NCBI GenBank assembly: GCA_964369185.1
Contig: CAYJEN010000001.1
Span: 32,907 to 96,906, forward strand
Origin: an uncultured Desulfovibrionaceae bacterium
GTDB taxonomy: Bacteria; Desulfobacterota; Desulfovibrionia; Desulfovibrionales; Desulfovibrionaceae
Length of the DNA stretch: 64,000 nt
Reading direction: 5' to 3'
Below the pieces are notes generated by a model, which was given only the letters and a program-made list of their open reading frames with translations, was not told the DNA's origin and made no database searches. Positions within the stretch are counted from its first letter, which is position 1, and each line of letters opens with the position of its first letter. Made by a program: the position numbers and the translations under genes. Shown here piece by piece: positions 34,628 through 44,850 of this stretch.

Positions 34628-36611
34628 CACACCTAATACTAATTCTCAAAAACAGCCGCCAGTAGGTTTTTCATTAGAAATGCCAAGTTGCGGTTGCGGA
34701 TCTTGTGCGACGGATGCTAAGGCACCGGTTCAGCACAGCCATAAAAAAGATGACCACCACGACCACGATCATGACCATGGAGGAAATCTTAAAATATTTC
34801 TTATAAGACTTACAGTTGCATTGATTTTACTGTTGTCTTTAGGTTTGACAGATATTTTCTCACAGTTTGAGTTAGCTGTTTATATTATTGCGTATTTTTT
34901 AGCAGGGTATGAAGTTGTTTTAACCGCTGTAAAAAACATAACAAAAGGTCATATTTTTGATGAAAACTTCCTTATGACGATTGCCTCAACTGGTGCATTT
35001 CTTTTAGGGGAGCACTCTGAGGGTGTTGGAGTTATGATTTTCTACGGTTTTGGTGAGCTTTTACAGGGTGCTGCGGTAAGTCGCTCAAAGAAAAATATCG
35101 AACAGCTTATGGACATTAGACCGGATTCTGCAAACCTTAAAAAGGGTAATGAAGTAGTTTCTGTTTCTCCGGAAGAAGTTAATATTGGCGACATAATAAT
35201 TGTTCGTCCCGGTGAAAAAATTCCTCTTGATGGCGAAGTTATACATGGTGAGTCATTCGTTGATACAACAGCTTTAACAGGTGAATCTGTTCCACGTAAA
35301 ACAAGTATAGGAAGCAGTGTTTTATCCGGTTCAGTAAATAAAAACGGATTGTTAGAAGTAAGAGTTACTACGCTTTTTGGTGAGTCAACTGTAGCTAAAA
35401 TTCTAAAACTTGTGCAACATGCAAGCGAGAAAAAAGCTAAGAGTGAAAAATTTATTACTAAATTTGCAAGATATTATACTCCGGCAGTTGTTTTCACGGC
35501 ATTATTCATAGCTATTTTACCTCCTTTATTTGGTTTTGGTAACTTTAATGAATGGATTTATAAATCATTGAGTTTCCTTATTATTTCTTGCCCTTGTGCT
35601 TTGGTTTTATCTATTCCGATTAGTTTCTTCGGCGGTATTGGCGGTGCGGCACGTAAAGGTATCTTGATTAAGGGCGGTAACTATCTTGAAGCTCTTTATA
35701 ATGTAAAGACTTTTGTTTTTGATAAAACTGGCACTCTTACAAAAGGAGTGTTTAAAGTTCAAGAAATTAATACAGTTAGTAACGTATCTGAAGATGAATT
35801 ACTTGAAATTGCAGCTATTTCAGAAGCGCATTCAACTCATCCAATTGCAAAATCAATTCTTTCTGCTTATGGAAAAGAAATTACTCAACAAGCTGATATT
35901 ACAGAAATTTCAGGGCAGGGTATTATTGCTAAATTCAATAATGATACTATTCATCTTGGAAATTCAACTCTTTTAGAAAGCATAGGAATAACTGACTTAC
36001 CAAGCTTTAACCAAACCTGTATTTATATTGCAAAGAATTCTGGGTTTTTAGGTTATATTCTTATTGCCGATGAAATAAAAGAAAATGCGGCAATTGCAAT
36101 AAAAAATACTTTTGAAGCAGGTATTTCAAATATTGTGATGCTCACAGGTGACAATAAAAAAATTGCGCAAGAAATTTCTCAAGAAATCGGAATTTCAGAT
36201 GTTCGAGCAGAACTTCTTCCACAAGATAAAGTTGCAGAGCTTGAAAAAATAATGTCTACAACAGAGTTTAGAACAGCATTTGTTGGTGATGGAATTAACG
36301 ATGCTCCTGTTTTGAGTCGTGCTGACATTGGTTTTGCAATGGGCGGTGTGGGTTCAGATGCGGCTATTGAAGCGGCTGATGTTGTTATCATGAATGATGA
36401 TATATCTAAGATTCCAACAGCTATTAAAATTGCGAAAAAAACACGTCAAATTGTAGTACAAAATATTATCTTTGCATTGGGTGTTAAACTTATAGTTATG
36501 GTTCTCGCCTTTTTAGGTATAACCTCAATTTGGTTTGCAGTGTTTGCAGATGTTGGTGTAGCTATTTTGGCTATTATGAATGCTATGCGAGCAATGTTTG
36601 TAAAAGATTAA
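34620..36611 (+). CDS. Heavy-metal (Cd/Zn/Co-type) translocating P1B-type ATPase
   Basis: CPC in the TM helix (SCPCALVLS), DKTGTLT, GDGINDAP, and a His-rich N-terminus (HSHKKDDHHDHDHDHGG). ATG 34620 overlaps the arsR stop (ATGTCTAA); the track start is 34593. Confidence 0.85.
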   Translation: MSNTPNTNSQKQPPVGFSLEMPSCGCGSCATDAKAPVQHSHKKDDHHDHDHDHGGNLKIFLIRLTVALILLLSLGLTDIFSQFELAVYIIAYFLAGYEVVLTAVKNITKGHIFDENFLMTIASTGAFLLGEHSEGVGVMIFYGFGELLQGAAVSRSKKNIEQLMDIRPDSANLKKGNEVVSVSPEEVNIGDIIIVRPGEKIPLDGEVIHGESFVDTTALTGESVPRKTSIGSSVLSGSVNKNGLLEVRVTTLFGESTVAKILKLVQHASEKKAKSEKFITKFARYYTPAVVFTALFIAILPPLFGFGNFNEWIYKSLSFLIISCPCALVLSIPISFFGGIGGAARKGILIKGGNYLEALYNVKTFVFDKTGTLTKGVFKVQEINTVSNVSEDELLEIAAISEAHSTHPIAKSILSAYGKEITQQADITEISGQGIIAKFNNDTIHLGNSTLLESIGITDLPSFNQTCIYIAKNSGFLGYILIADEIKENAAIAIKNTFEAGISNIVMLTGDNKKIAQEISQEIGISDVRAELLPQDKVAELEKIMSTTEFRTAFVGDGINDAPVLSRADIGFAMGGVGSDAAIEAADVVIMNDDISKIPTAIKIAKKTRQIVVQNIIFALGVKLIVMVLAFLGITSIWFAVFADVGVAILAIMNAMRAMFVKD

Positions 36612-36636
36612 AACTTAATTATAGTTTATCAAAATA

Positions 36637-36683
36637 TAAAACCACGTTATAGAGAAATAATTTTTTCATAAGGTGGTTTTTTT
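36637..36683 (+). terminator. Terminator after the ATPase gene
   Basis: TAAAACCACGTTAT / ATAAGGTGGTTTTT (one mismatch) followed by a T-run. Confidence 0.55.
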
Positions 36684-36760
36684 ATGCTTTTATCAATATC
36701 AAAAAAATTGACCATTACATATTAATAGAATATGCTTTTTAAAAATAAGGAGTTATAACT

Positions 36761-37066
36761 ATGATAAAACATATAGTCTGTTGGACTTTTAAAGATTTTG
36801 CAGAAGATGCAAGCGGTTTAGAAAATGCAGAGAAAATGAAAAAATGGGGTTATGAACTTATTGATAAAGTTGATGTTATCGAATCATTAGAAATGAGCAT
36901 GAAAATTCTAGATAGCTCAACAATTCCAACCCAATTAGTTTTACAAACAACTCATAAAACTGCTGAAGATTTAAGTGCATATCAGATGCACCCAGAACAT
37001 AAAAAACTTGGGGAATTTGCAAAAAAAGTTACAGCAAGCAGGCAAGCAATTGATTATGAAATATAA
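36761..37066 (+). CDS. Dabb (stress-responsive alpha/beta-barrel) domain protein
   Basis: 101 aa. MIKHIVCWTFKD start and the typical size. Confidence 0.65.
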   Translation: MIKHIVCWTFKDFAEDASGLENAEKMKKWGYELIDKVDVIESLEMSMKILDSSTIPTQLVLQTTHKTAEDLSAYQMHPEHKKLGEFAKKVTASRQAIDYEI

Positions 37067-37075
37067 GCTATTAAG

Positions 37076-37301
37076 CTAGGGTATGTTTCTAAATTAATTC
37101 TTTTGATTTTTGATAGTTGCATGAAGTTAGGTGAATTACTTTGATAAAAAAACGATATTTCGCTATCAGAAATATCAACAAGTAGCTTCGTCAAAGTAAA
37201 TTTTTATTCAAGTCATTTATGTTTTGATAAACTCCTTTCATAAAAATTTACTTTTCCTTGTCAAAAACGCAAAATCTCTTAATTTAGAAACACACCCTAA
37301 T
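37076..37301. repeat. MITE-like element, copy 3 (longer, ~70-bp internal insertion)
   Basis: TAGGGTATGTTTCTAAATTAATTCTTTTG...CAAAATCTCTTAATTTAGAAACACACCCTAA. The terminal inverted repeats match 20/21. Confidence 0.7.
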
Positions 37302-37386
37302 AAATAAAATTTTTTATGAGAGAAGAAGACCTTAAAAGGATAAGGAATTACTTTGTTTTACCCTATACCTTCTTCTCTTGTAATTA

Positions 37387-38241
37387 TTAATTTAGATTCA
37401 ATACATTTGTGATAAGCTTTTCTTCGTCTTCTACAGAGTGCCAAGTGGAATCTTTTGACTTGCCGTGATAGTCAGTACCTATTGATTTTATAAGATTTAA
37501 TTCATCTGCCAAGTCATTGAGTTGTGCTATTTGTTCGCTTGAAAAATTCTTGTAATATACTTCAATTCCATCAAGACCAAGTTCTTTAAGGTTTCTAATT
37601 ATCGTAAAAGATTGCTCTTGTGTAATGCTATCTTTCCATGCGGCATGAACAAGAATATCAAATGGATGCGCCATTATTGCAAGTCCATTTGCTTTATGTA
37701 CCATATCAATAGCAGATTTAGGATCGGGATAGATAGCTTTAAACTCTGAATATTCTTCTTTATTCAAAATTTCAACAAAAGATTCAAAGCGGTTTTTTGC
37801 ATATCCGTTGACGATAAGCGCATGTGATAAATCATTATGTGTGAGATATTGCCTACTTGGATGAGAAATTTCTAAATTGAATTTATACCCATTTTCTCTA
37901 AGTTTATTTGCAAAGGCAATAACAATTTTTTCTTCTTTTATATAGTATTTTTCTAATTCTTTGCTTAGGATATTGTAATCAAAATTAATTGCAAGCATAT
38001 GAAGATATTCCATAAAATCATTACGATTTGTAACTGTTAGTTCTATCCCATTTATGCATTGCATATCATATGATTCTGCAATTTTTTGTGCTTCTTTTAC
38101 TCCTGCAAGAGTATCATGATCTGTAAGAGCAAAATATTTTACATTATCAGCGTGTAATGCTTTAACAACTTGAGCTACACTTGTGTTGCCATCGCTACAA
38201 TTTGAGTGACAATGAAAGTTCACACGCAAGGAAGAATCCAT
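37387..38241 (-). CDS. PHP-domain metal-dependent phosphoesterase
   Basis: FHCHSNCSDG and LTDHD motifs. ATG 38241, preceded by GGAG, is preferred over the track start 38301. Confidence 0.7.
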   Translation of the reverse strand: MDSSLRVNFHCHSNCSDGNTSVAQVVKALHADNVKYFALTDHDTLAGVKEAQKIAESYDMQCINGIELTVTNRNDFMEYLHMLAINFDYNILSKELEKYYIKEEKIVIAFANKLRENGYKFNLEISHPSRQYLTHNDLSHALIVNGYAKNRFESFVEILNKEEYSEFKAIYPDPKSAIDMVHKANGLAIMAHPFDILVHAAWKDSITQEQSFTIIRNLKELGLDGIEVYYKNFSSEQIAQLNDLADELNLIKSIGTDYHGKSKDSTWHSVEDEEKLITNVLNLN

Positions 38242-38386
38242 ATTTTTACTCCTATTTTTGCTTGAATAAAAATAGGAGATAATCCGTGAAAAAGAAATCA
38301 TAATTTAACTCCTACTTATTACTTTGAAACACACCCTATTGAAAAATATAATATATTCCTTTAAAATTCAAGTTTATTTTAAAAGA

Positions 38387-38417
38387 GTAAAGCATAGGGA
38401 GATAACCTATGCTTTAC
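38387..38417 (-). terminator. Terminator of the malic enzyme gene
   Basis: GTAAAGCATAGG / CCTATGCTTTAC, a 12-bp stem, with a U-rich tract on the minus strand. Confidence 0.6.
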
Positions 38418-38451
38418 AATATTAATTAATATTAGAAAGACACCCTAAAAA

Positions 38452-39762
38452 TTATAAGTAGCTTTTGCAAAGAGCATCTGCACGTGCATTAGATTTTTGA
38501 ATACGCTCTGTAAGTGATTTTTTATATGCTTCCATATCAGTGATGTGTTTTGTAGCAACGCCAGAATCCATCGCTGCTTGAGCAACTGCGGAACTTGTCC
38601 AAGTAAGAAGGCGTGGATCAAGTGGAGTAGGAATGATGTAATCAGGACCATATTCAAATTTTCTGCCATTGTATGCAGCTTCAATTTCAGGAAGAACAGC
38701 TTCTTTTGCAAGAGCAGCAATGCTTTTTGCTGCAGCTAATTTCATAGCTTCATTGATTTTTTTAGCACCACAGTCAAGAGCACCACGGAAGATGTAAGGG
38801 AAACCTGAAACGTTGTTTACTTGGTTAGGATAGTCAGAGCGACCTGTTCCCATCATAACATCAGGGCGAGCTTCTTTAGCTTTAGGATATGCAATTTCAG
38901 GATTAGGGTTTGAGCAAGCAAAGATGATTGGGTGTGCATTCATTGAACGAACCATATCTTGAGAGATGATGTCAGGTTGTGAAAGTCCTAAGAACATATC
39001 AGCACCTTTCATACATTCAGCTAAAGTAGCACCTTTTGCTTGTGCAAATTGACCTTTATATTTATCAAGATTTGAACGATCTTTAGTGATAAGTCCTTTA
39101 GAATCAAACATATAGATATTTTTAGGGTCTACACCAAGTGCAACATAGAATTTAGAACAAGCAATACCGGCAGCACCAGCACCTGAAACAACAAGTTTCA
39201 TATCTTCAATTCTTTTGTTAGCAATTTCAGCAGCGTTTATAAGACCGGCACCTGAAATAACAGCAGTTCCGTGTTGATCATCGTGGAAAACAGGAATATC
39301 GAGTTCTTCAATAAGTGTTTCTTCTATTTTGAAACATTCAGGAGCTTTGATATCTTCAAGGTTGATACCACCAAAAGTTGGTTCTAAAGCTTTTACAATT
39401 TCGATAAGTTTGTCAGGGTCGTTACAGTTTAGGTTGATATCAAATACATCAACGTCAGCGAATTTTTTGAATAAAATCGCTTTACCTTCCATAACAGGTT
39501 TACCGGCTAAAGGCCCAATATTTCCAAGCCCCAGAACCGCAGTTCCGTTAGAAACAACAGCAACTAAGTTTGCTCTGCCTGTATATTTTGCAGCATCTTC
39601 AGGGTTTTCTTTAATTGCAATACATGCCTCTGCCACACCAGGAGAATATGCAAGTGATAAATCTAATTGGTTAGCGCATGATTTCACAGGTAAAACTTCA
39701 AGTTTACCCGGACGTGGGTTCAAGTGATAATTTAATGCATCTTCTTTAGTGAACAAAGCCAT
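38452..39762 (-). CDS. NAD(P)-dependent malic enzyme (short form, no PTA domain)
   Basis: [39 protein letters not shown]. Confidence 0.85.
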   Translation of the reverse strand: MALFTKEDALNYHLNPRPGKLEVLPVKSCANQLDLSLAYSPGVAEACIAIKENPEDAAKYTGRANLVAVVSNGTAVLGLGNIGPLAGKPVMEGKAILFKKFADVDVFDINLNCNDPDKLIEIVKALEPTFGGINLEDIKAPECFKIEETLIEELDIPVFHDDQHGTAVISGAGLINAAEIANKRIEDMKLVVSGAGAAGIACSKFYVALGVDPKNIYMFDSKGLITKDRSNLDKYKGQFAQAKGATLAECMKGADMFLGLSQPDIISQDMVRSMNAHPIIFACSNPNPEIAYPKAKEARPDVMMGTGRSDYPNQVNNVSGFPYIFRGALDCGAKKINEAMKLAAAKSIAALAKEAVLPEIEAAYNGRKFEYGPDYIIPTPLDPRLLTWTSSAVAQAAMDSGVATKHITDMEAYKKSLTERIQKSNARADALCKSYL

Positions 39763-39903
39763 GACATTTACTCCTTTAATAGCAGGTTAATATTTTGAAT
39801 AGGTGTAGGCTATGTTAATTCAAAATTAAATGCAAGCTTTTTCAGAGTAGTATATTAATGTATTTATAAGTGCTAATTTCTTTTAAGTGTACTTCTAACT
39901 GTA

Positions 39904-40458
39904 CTAAAGCTTTATCCCTAGAAGTTTCATGCACTGATTTACAGAATCTTCTATAGAACCGGAGTTATCAACTCGTAAGCAGTTGTGATTTATTGGTATA
40001 TTAATTCTTTTGAGTCTGCCTTGCAGTTGTTTTCCACTTTCTCGCCCACGGCTGATGAGTCTTTTCTTTAGAATATCATGATTTACATCAATAAGAATAG
40101 GTTCAATGTGCGGGTAAAGCTTGATTGCATGAGGAAGATATTCTCGCGAGCCATTTACAAGAACATTTTTTCCTTTTTCAATTTCTTTCTCAACGTATTT
40201 AGGAATGCCATAAAAATGTTCGTGACTACTCCAAGACATTAAGAAGAAACCTTCTTTTTCTTTTTCTAAAAATTCATCTTTTGATATGTAGATATAATCT
40301 TCATTCACCCCTTGTTTTGATACAACAGATGGTTCACGAGTAATGTATCTTTGTACAAAAACAAAATTTGATTGATTAACTCTTCCTTTTAGTTCAGTGA
40401 GGAGGGTGTCTTTACCGGCGCCTGATGGTCCGATAAAGTAAAAAAGTTTTCCCTTCAT
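39904..40458 (-). CDS. phnN: Ribose 1,5-bisphosphate phosphokinase (PhnN-like; guanylate-kinase fold)
   Basis: MKGKLFYFIGPSGAGKDTLL..RYITRE..VLVNGSREYLP..RGRES parallels E. coli PhnN as I recall it. The start is 40458 or 40482. Confidence 0.6.
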   Translation of the reverse strand: MKGKLFYFIGPSGAGKDTLLTELKGRVNQSNFVFVQRYITREPSVVSKQGVNEDYIYISKDEFLEKEKEGFFLMSWSSHEHFYGIPKYVEKEIEKGKNVLVNGSREYLPHAIKLYPHIEPILIDVNHDILKKRLISRGRESGKQLQGRLKRINIPINHNCLRVDNSGSIEDSVNQCMKLLGIKL

Positions 40459-40732
40459 ATAATATATTTCTCTCGCTTTCATTTTATATTTAAAACCGAA
40501 AACTATGATACTTTTAATTCATTTATAAGTGCTATATTAAATCTGAAAATGAAATTAGTCAATAGCCTTTAAAGGAATTAGATATTCAGTAATAAAAATT
40601 ATCACAAAATGTTCACTTGTGTATTCTTTCAATGAGTGCTATAGATTTTTGAAGAAAAAGTTAAGGGTGATTAAAACTATTAAATCACTTCACTTTTTTA
40701 TATATAAACTAAAATAAAATAAGAGGTTATAT

Positions 40733-41698
40733 ATGTTATTAGCATCTATTGCATTAATTGTAGGTATTGTGCTTTTAGTTTGGAGCGCCGATAAATTTGT
40801 TGACGGAGCTGCCGGAACTGCACGATATTTTTCTATATCTCCTTTAATAATAGGTATGGTTATTGTTGGTTTTGGAACATCTGCACCGGAAATGTTAGTT
40901 TCTGCATTGGCGGCGGTTGATGGAAATCCTGGTATTGCTCTTGGTAATGCCTATGGTTCAAACATTGCGAATATTGCTTTAATATTAGGTGTAACAGCGC
41001 TTATTAGCCCTGTTGTTGTTCATAAAAAAATTATGACAAAAGAATTACCTATATTAGTAGCCGTAACAGCTCTAACCCTTTTCTTAATATATGATTTAAA
41101 TCTATCTCGTATTGATGCTATCATCTTACTTATTGTTTTTATTGCTATTATGGTATGGACAATTATAGGTGCAATAAAAGGTAAAGGTGGAGATTTTGAA
41201 ACTGAAGAAGAAGAAAAAACTCCTCTAAAAACTTCTATAATGTGGCTTGTAATTGGTTTAGTTCTTCTTATTGTAAGTTCACGTATACTTGTATGGGGTG
41301 CTATTGAAATAGCTGAATTGTTTGGTATTAGTGATATGATTATCGGACTTACAGTTGTTGCGATAGGAACCTCACTTCCTGAGTTGGCATCATCAGTAGT
41401 AGCAGCACGTAAAGGTGAACATGACATTGCTTTAGGTAACGTAATTGGCTCTAACTTCTTTAATACTTTAGCTGTTGTAGGTATAGCCGGTTCTATTCAT
41501 CCATTTGATTTACCAATAGAAATTATTACTCGTGATATGCTTATTATGGGTATTCTTACACTTTCTCTTTTCTTTTTTGGTGCTACGTTTAAAGGAAAGC
41601 TTGGGCGTATCAATAGATTTGAAGGTCTTATATTGGTGTTGATTTATGTGGGATACACAGCATTACTTGTAAATGTTGCGCTTTCCGGTCAACAATAA
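40733..41698 (+). CDS. CaCA-family cation/Ca2+ exchanger (YrbG-like)
   Basis: Two alpha-repeats (GTSAPE, GTSLPE) in a 10-TM layout. Confidence 0.8.
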   Translation: MLLASIALIVGIVLLVWSADKFVDGAAGTARYFSISPLIIGMVIVGFGTSAPEMLVSALAAVDGNPGIALGNAYGSNIANIALILGVTALISPVVVHKKIMTKELPILVAVTALTLFLIYDLNLSRIDAIILLIVFIAIMVWTIIGAIKGKGGDFETEEEEKTPLKTSIMWLVIGLVLLIVSSRILVWGAIEIAELFGISDMIIGLTVVAIGTSLPELASSVVAARKGEHDIALGNVIGSNFFNTLAVVGIAGSIHPFDLPIEIITRDMLIMGILTLSLFFFGATFKGKLGRINRFEGLILVLIYVGYTALLVNVALSGQQ

Positions 41699-41939
41699 TA
41701 ACTTAGTATAAAAATATATAAAGAGGAGAGACGTACTTTTATGGAAGTAAGCCTCTCCTCTTCTTGCTTTAAAAGCTTTTGTAATAGTTTGAGAAAAAAT
41801 AACAAAATGGTTAAAAAAAATAAATTTTTGTGTCAAGCTTGCAAAAAATTGATAAAAAGTGTATAAGGTTCGAGCACGAACGTAAATTGGTAAGAAAATC
41901 TTATACATATCGTTCGATAAAGATAGATGAGGTGTTTGA

Positions 41940-42914
41940 ATGTTTGCATTTATTGTACGAAGAGCAATCCAGGCTATTCTTGCTTTGCTAGTTATAAGCA
42001 TGATTGGTTTTGGGATTAAGTACTCTTTTGGTGATCCTGTACGCGAGCTGGTTGGCGTATCAGTATCTGTTGAAGAGCGTGAAGCTGTTGCGGAAGAGCT
42101 TGGCTTGAATGACCCTATCCCTGTTCAGTGGTGGAGATTTTTACAAGACGCTGCCCAAGGAGATTTTGGTACTTCTTATATTTATAGAAAACCGGCGCTT
42201 GATATTATTTTAGAAAAAGCTCCTGCTACTATGGAACTTGCAATATTATCGACTATTTTGATTATTGTTATTTGTATCCCTGCGGGTGTTTATTGTGCTG
42301 TGAAGCAAAAATCTGTTTTCTCGAAACTCATTATGGCTGTATCAGTTATAGGTGTTTCAATTCCTGTATACCTCATTGCTATCGCTTTTATTCTATATTT
42401 TTCTGTTAATTTAGGTTGGCTGCCTGCGTATGGTAGGGGACCAACAGCATTTATTGGCGGGTGGGAGTCTAACCTCTTATCGTGGGGCGCTTTCAGACAT
42501 ATTATTCTGCCTACAATCTGCTTAACCATTATTATGCTTCCTCTTTTTATCAGACTTATTAGAGCTGAAATGGTTGAAGCAATGCAGACTGAATATGTAA
42601 AATTTGCACGCGCAAAAGGTGTTTCAGAGTATGATATCATTATGAAGCATGCTTTTAGAAACGCACTTTTACCTGTTATTACAATGGGTGGTGTTCAAAT
42701 TGGTACAATGATTGCTTTTACAATTCTAACTGAAAGTGTTTTCCAGTGGCCTGGCTTAGGCTTTATGTTTATCTCTGCGGTGCATAGAGCTGATACAGCA
42801 ATGCTTGTTGCATATCTACTTTTCTGTGGTGTAATATTCGTTGGCGTAAACACTTTGGTTGATATCATTTACGGTTTAGTTAACCCTATGATTCGTATTG
42901 CAGGGAAAAAATAA
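41940..42914 (+). CDS. Peptide/nickel-type ABC transporter permease (DppB/OppB-like)
   Basis: N-terminal FIVRRAIQAIL and the characteristic EAA-loop region. Confidence 0.8.
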   Translation: MFAFIVRRAIQAILALLVISMIGFGIKYSFGDPVRELVGVSVSVEEREAVAEELGLNDPIPVQWWRFLQDAAQGDFGTSYIYRKPALDIILEKAPATMELAILSTILIIVICIPAGVYCAVKQKSVFSKLIMAVSVIGVSIPVYLIAIAFILYFSVNLGWLPAYGRGPTAFIGGWESNLLSWGAFRHIILPTICLTIIMLPLFIRLIRAEMVEAMQTEYVKFARAKGVSEYDIIMKHAFRNALLPVITMGGVQIGTMIAFTILTESVFQWPGLGFMFISAVHRADTAMLVAYLLFCGVIFVGVNTLVDIIYGLVNPMIRIAGKK

Positions 42915-43831
42915 TGTCAAATTTTAAGAAATTTTTAGCATCAGATTTTTGGTATTCCTTTTCAAAGGATTGGGTTGCTGTAATTAGTACAATTATATTG
43001 ATTATTCTTTTTGTTGGAGCTTTTGGCGCACCTATTATTGCTCCTCACACTCCTTACGATGGCGCAACAATATCAATTATGGATTCTGAACTTCCTCCTG
43101 TATGGATGGAAGGCTCTGATCCAAGATTTATTCTAGGGACTGACGATCAAGGCCGTGATATTTTTTCAGCTATGCTTTATGGTATGAGAGTTTCTCTTAT
43201 CATTGGTTTTGGTTCAGTTATCTTACAGATTTTCTTAGGAATTGTTATAGGACTTGCAGCAGGTTACGGCTCGTCTAGACTAGATAACTTCCTTATGCGT
43301 TTTGCAGATGTTCAGTTATCATTCTCATCATACATGGTAGCAATCTTTTTTGGAGCTGTTATTATGTCTGCTGTTGGTGTTGGTGGATATGAAAAAATTG
43401 CTGTTCCTTTCCTTATTCTTGTTATTGCAATCTCTGAATGGCCTAAAATGGCTCGTACAGTGCGTGGTTCTGTGCTTGCAGAAAAGAGAAAAGAATATGT
43501 TGAAGCGGCTAGAGTTGTTGGTTTTTCAAGTGTAAGAATTGTGTTCCGTCATATTCTTCCTAACTGCTTAACTCCAATTCTTGTTATTTCAACACTTCAA
43601 GTTGCGCAAGCTGTTATGACAGAAGCGGCTTTATCATTTATTGGTCTTGGAATGCCGGTTACTCAGCCATCGCTTGGAACTCTTATTCGTTCTGGCTTTG
43701 ATTACTTTTTCTCAGGTTACTGGTGGATTACATTATTCCCTGGTATTTTACTTGTTTTGCTTTCTCTTTCCATTAACCTCTTGGGTGACTGGTTACGTGA
43801 TTATCTAAACCCAAAAATTTATAAAGACTAA
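42914..43831 (+). CDS. Peptide/nickel-type ABC transporter permease (DppC/OppC-like)
   Basis: GTDDQGRDIFS motif. Start overlaps the previous stop. Confidence 0.8.
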   Translation: MSNFKKFLASDFWYSFSKDWVAVISTIILIILFVGAFGAPIIAPHTPYDGATISIMDSELPPVWMEGSDPRFILGTDDQGRDIFSAMLYGMRVSLIIGFGSVILQIFLGIVIGLAAGYGSSRLDNFLMRFADVQLSFSSYMVAIFFGAVIMSAVGVGGYEKIAVPFLILVIAISEWPKMARTVRGSVLAEKRKEYVEAARVVGFSSVRIVFRHILPNCLTPILVISTLQVAQAVMTEAALSFIGLGMPVTQPSLGTLIRSGFDYFFSGYWWITLFPGILLVLLSLSINLLGDWLRDYLNPKIYKD

Positions 43832-43840
43832 GAGGTTAAT

Positions 43841-44836
43841 ATGTCAAATACTAAAGATTTCCCTCTTTTAGAAGTAAATAATTTATCGGTAGAATTTGCT
43901 ACTCGTCACATGAATCTTAAAGCTGTTAATAATGTTTCATTTTCATTAAACGCAGGTGAAAGACTAGGACTTGTGGGCGAATCTGGTGCCGGTAAATCTG
44001 TAACAGGTTTTTCTCTTATCAATCTTATTTCTAAACCTGGTTACATTTCAAATGGTTCTATTTTATTTGATGGACTTGATATCGTAAAAGCTCCGGAAAA
44101 AACTTTACGCTCAATCCGTGGCGATAGGATTTCAATGATTTTCCAAGATCCAATGATGACACTAAACCCTGTGCTCACAATTGGTGAACAAATGCGCGAA
44201 ACACTTTTTGCTCATAGAAAAATGAGTAAAAATGAAGCGAATGAAATTGCAATCGACAGATTAAAACGTGTACATATTCCTTCACCGGAACGTAGACTTA
44301 CTCAATACCCACACGAACTTTCAGGCGGTATGCGTCAGCGTGTTGTTATTGCGATTGCTCTTTTGACCGACCCACAGCTTATTATCGCTGATGAACCGAC
44401 AACAGCTCTTGACGTTACCATCCAAGCAGAAATTATGGAACTTTTGCTTGAACTTTGCACAAAGAGAAATATGGGGCTTATCCTTATTACTCACGATTTG
44501 GGCGTGGTATCACAAGTAACACAAAGAATTGCGGTTATGTATGCAGGGCGTGTTGTAGAAACAGCAAATACAGCTGATATGATTGAAAAAGCTGCGCATT
44601 ACTATACAAAAGGTTTACTTGCAGCACTTCCGCAAGGAAAAATCTATGGTAAAGCCGGTGTACGTCAAAGATTGAACCAAATTCCGGGGGTAATGCCTTC
44701 ACTTACAGCTATTCCAAGTGGCTGCCCATTCCATCCACGTTGTGAAGCATGTCAACAAGTTTGTATTGACAAACGTCCGGAACTTACAGAAGTAGCACCT
44801 CAACATTTTGTTGCGTGTCACTTCCCAATTAAATAA
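43841..44836 (+). CDS. Peptide ABC transporter ATP-binding protein (DppD/OppD-like)
   Basis: GESGAGKS, LSGGMRQR, and a C-terminal Cys-containing oligopeptide-type extension. Confidence 0.85.
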   Translation: MSNTKDFPLLEVNNLSVEFATRHMNLKAVNNVSFSLNAGERLGLVGESGAGKSVTGFSLINLISKPGYISNGSILFDGLDIVKAPEKTLRSIRGDRISMIFQDPMMTLNPVLTIGEQMRETLFAHRKMSKNEANEIAIDRLKRVHIPSPERRLTQYPHELSGGMRQRVVIAIALLTDPQLIIADEPTTALDVTIQAEIMELLLELCTKRNMGLILITHDLGVVSQVTQRIAVMYAGRVVETANTADMIEKAAHYYTKGLLAALPQGKIYGKAGVRQRLNQIPGVMPSLTAIPSGCPFHPRCEACQQVCIDKRPELTEVAPQHFVACHFPIK

Positions 44837-44850
44837 GCTAAAGGTACACT

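Noticed and set aside
41663-42001. 112-aa minus-strand ORF spanning the yrbG-dppB intergenic region
   Set aside because: Low-complexity translation. It overlaps the ends of two well-supported genes plus a terminator and promoter, and has no SD.
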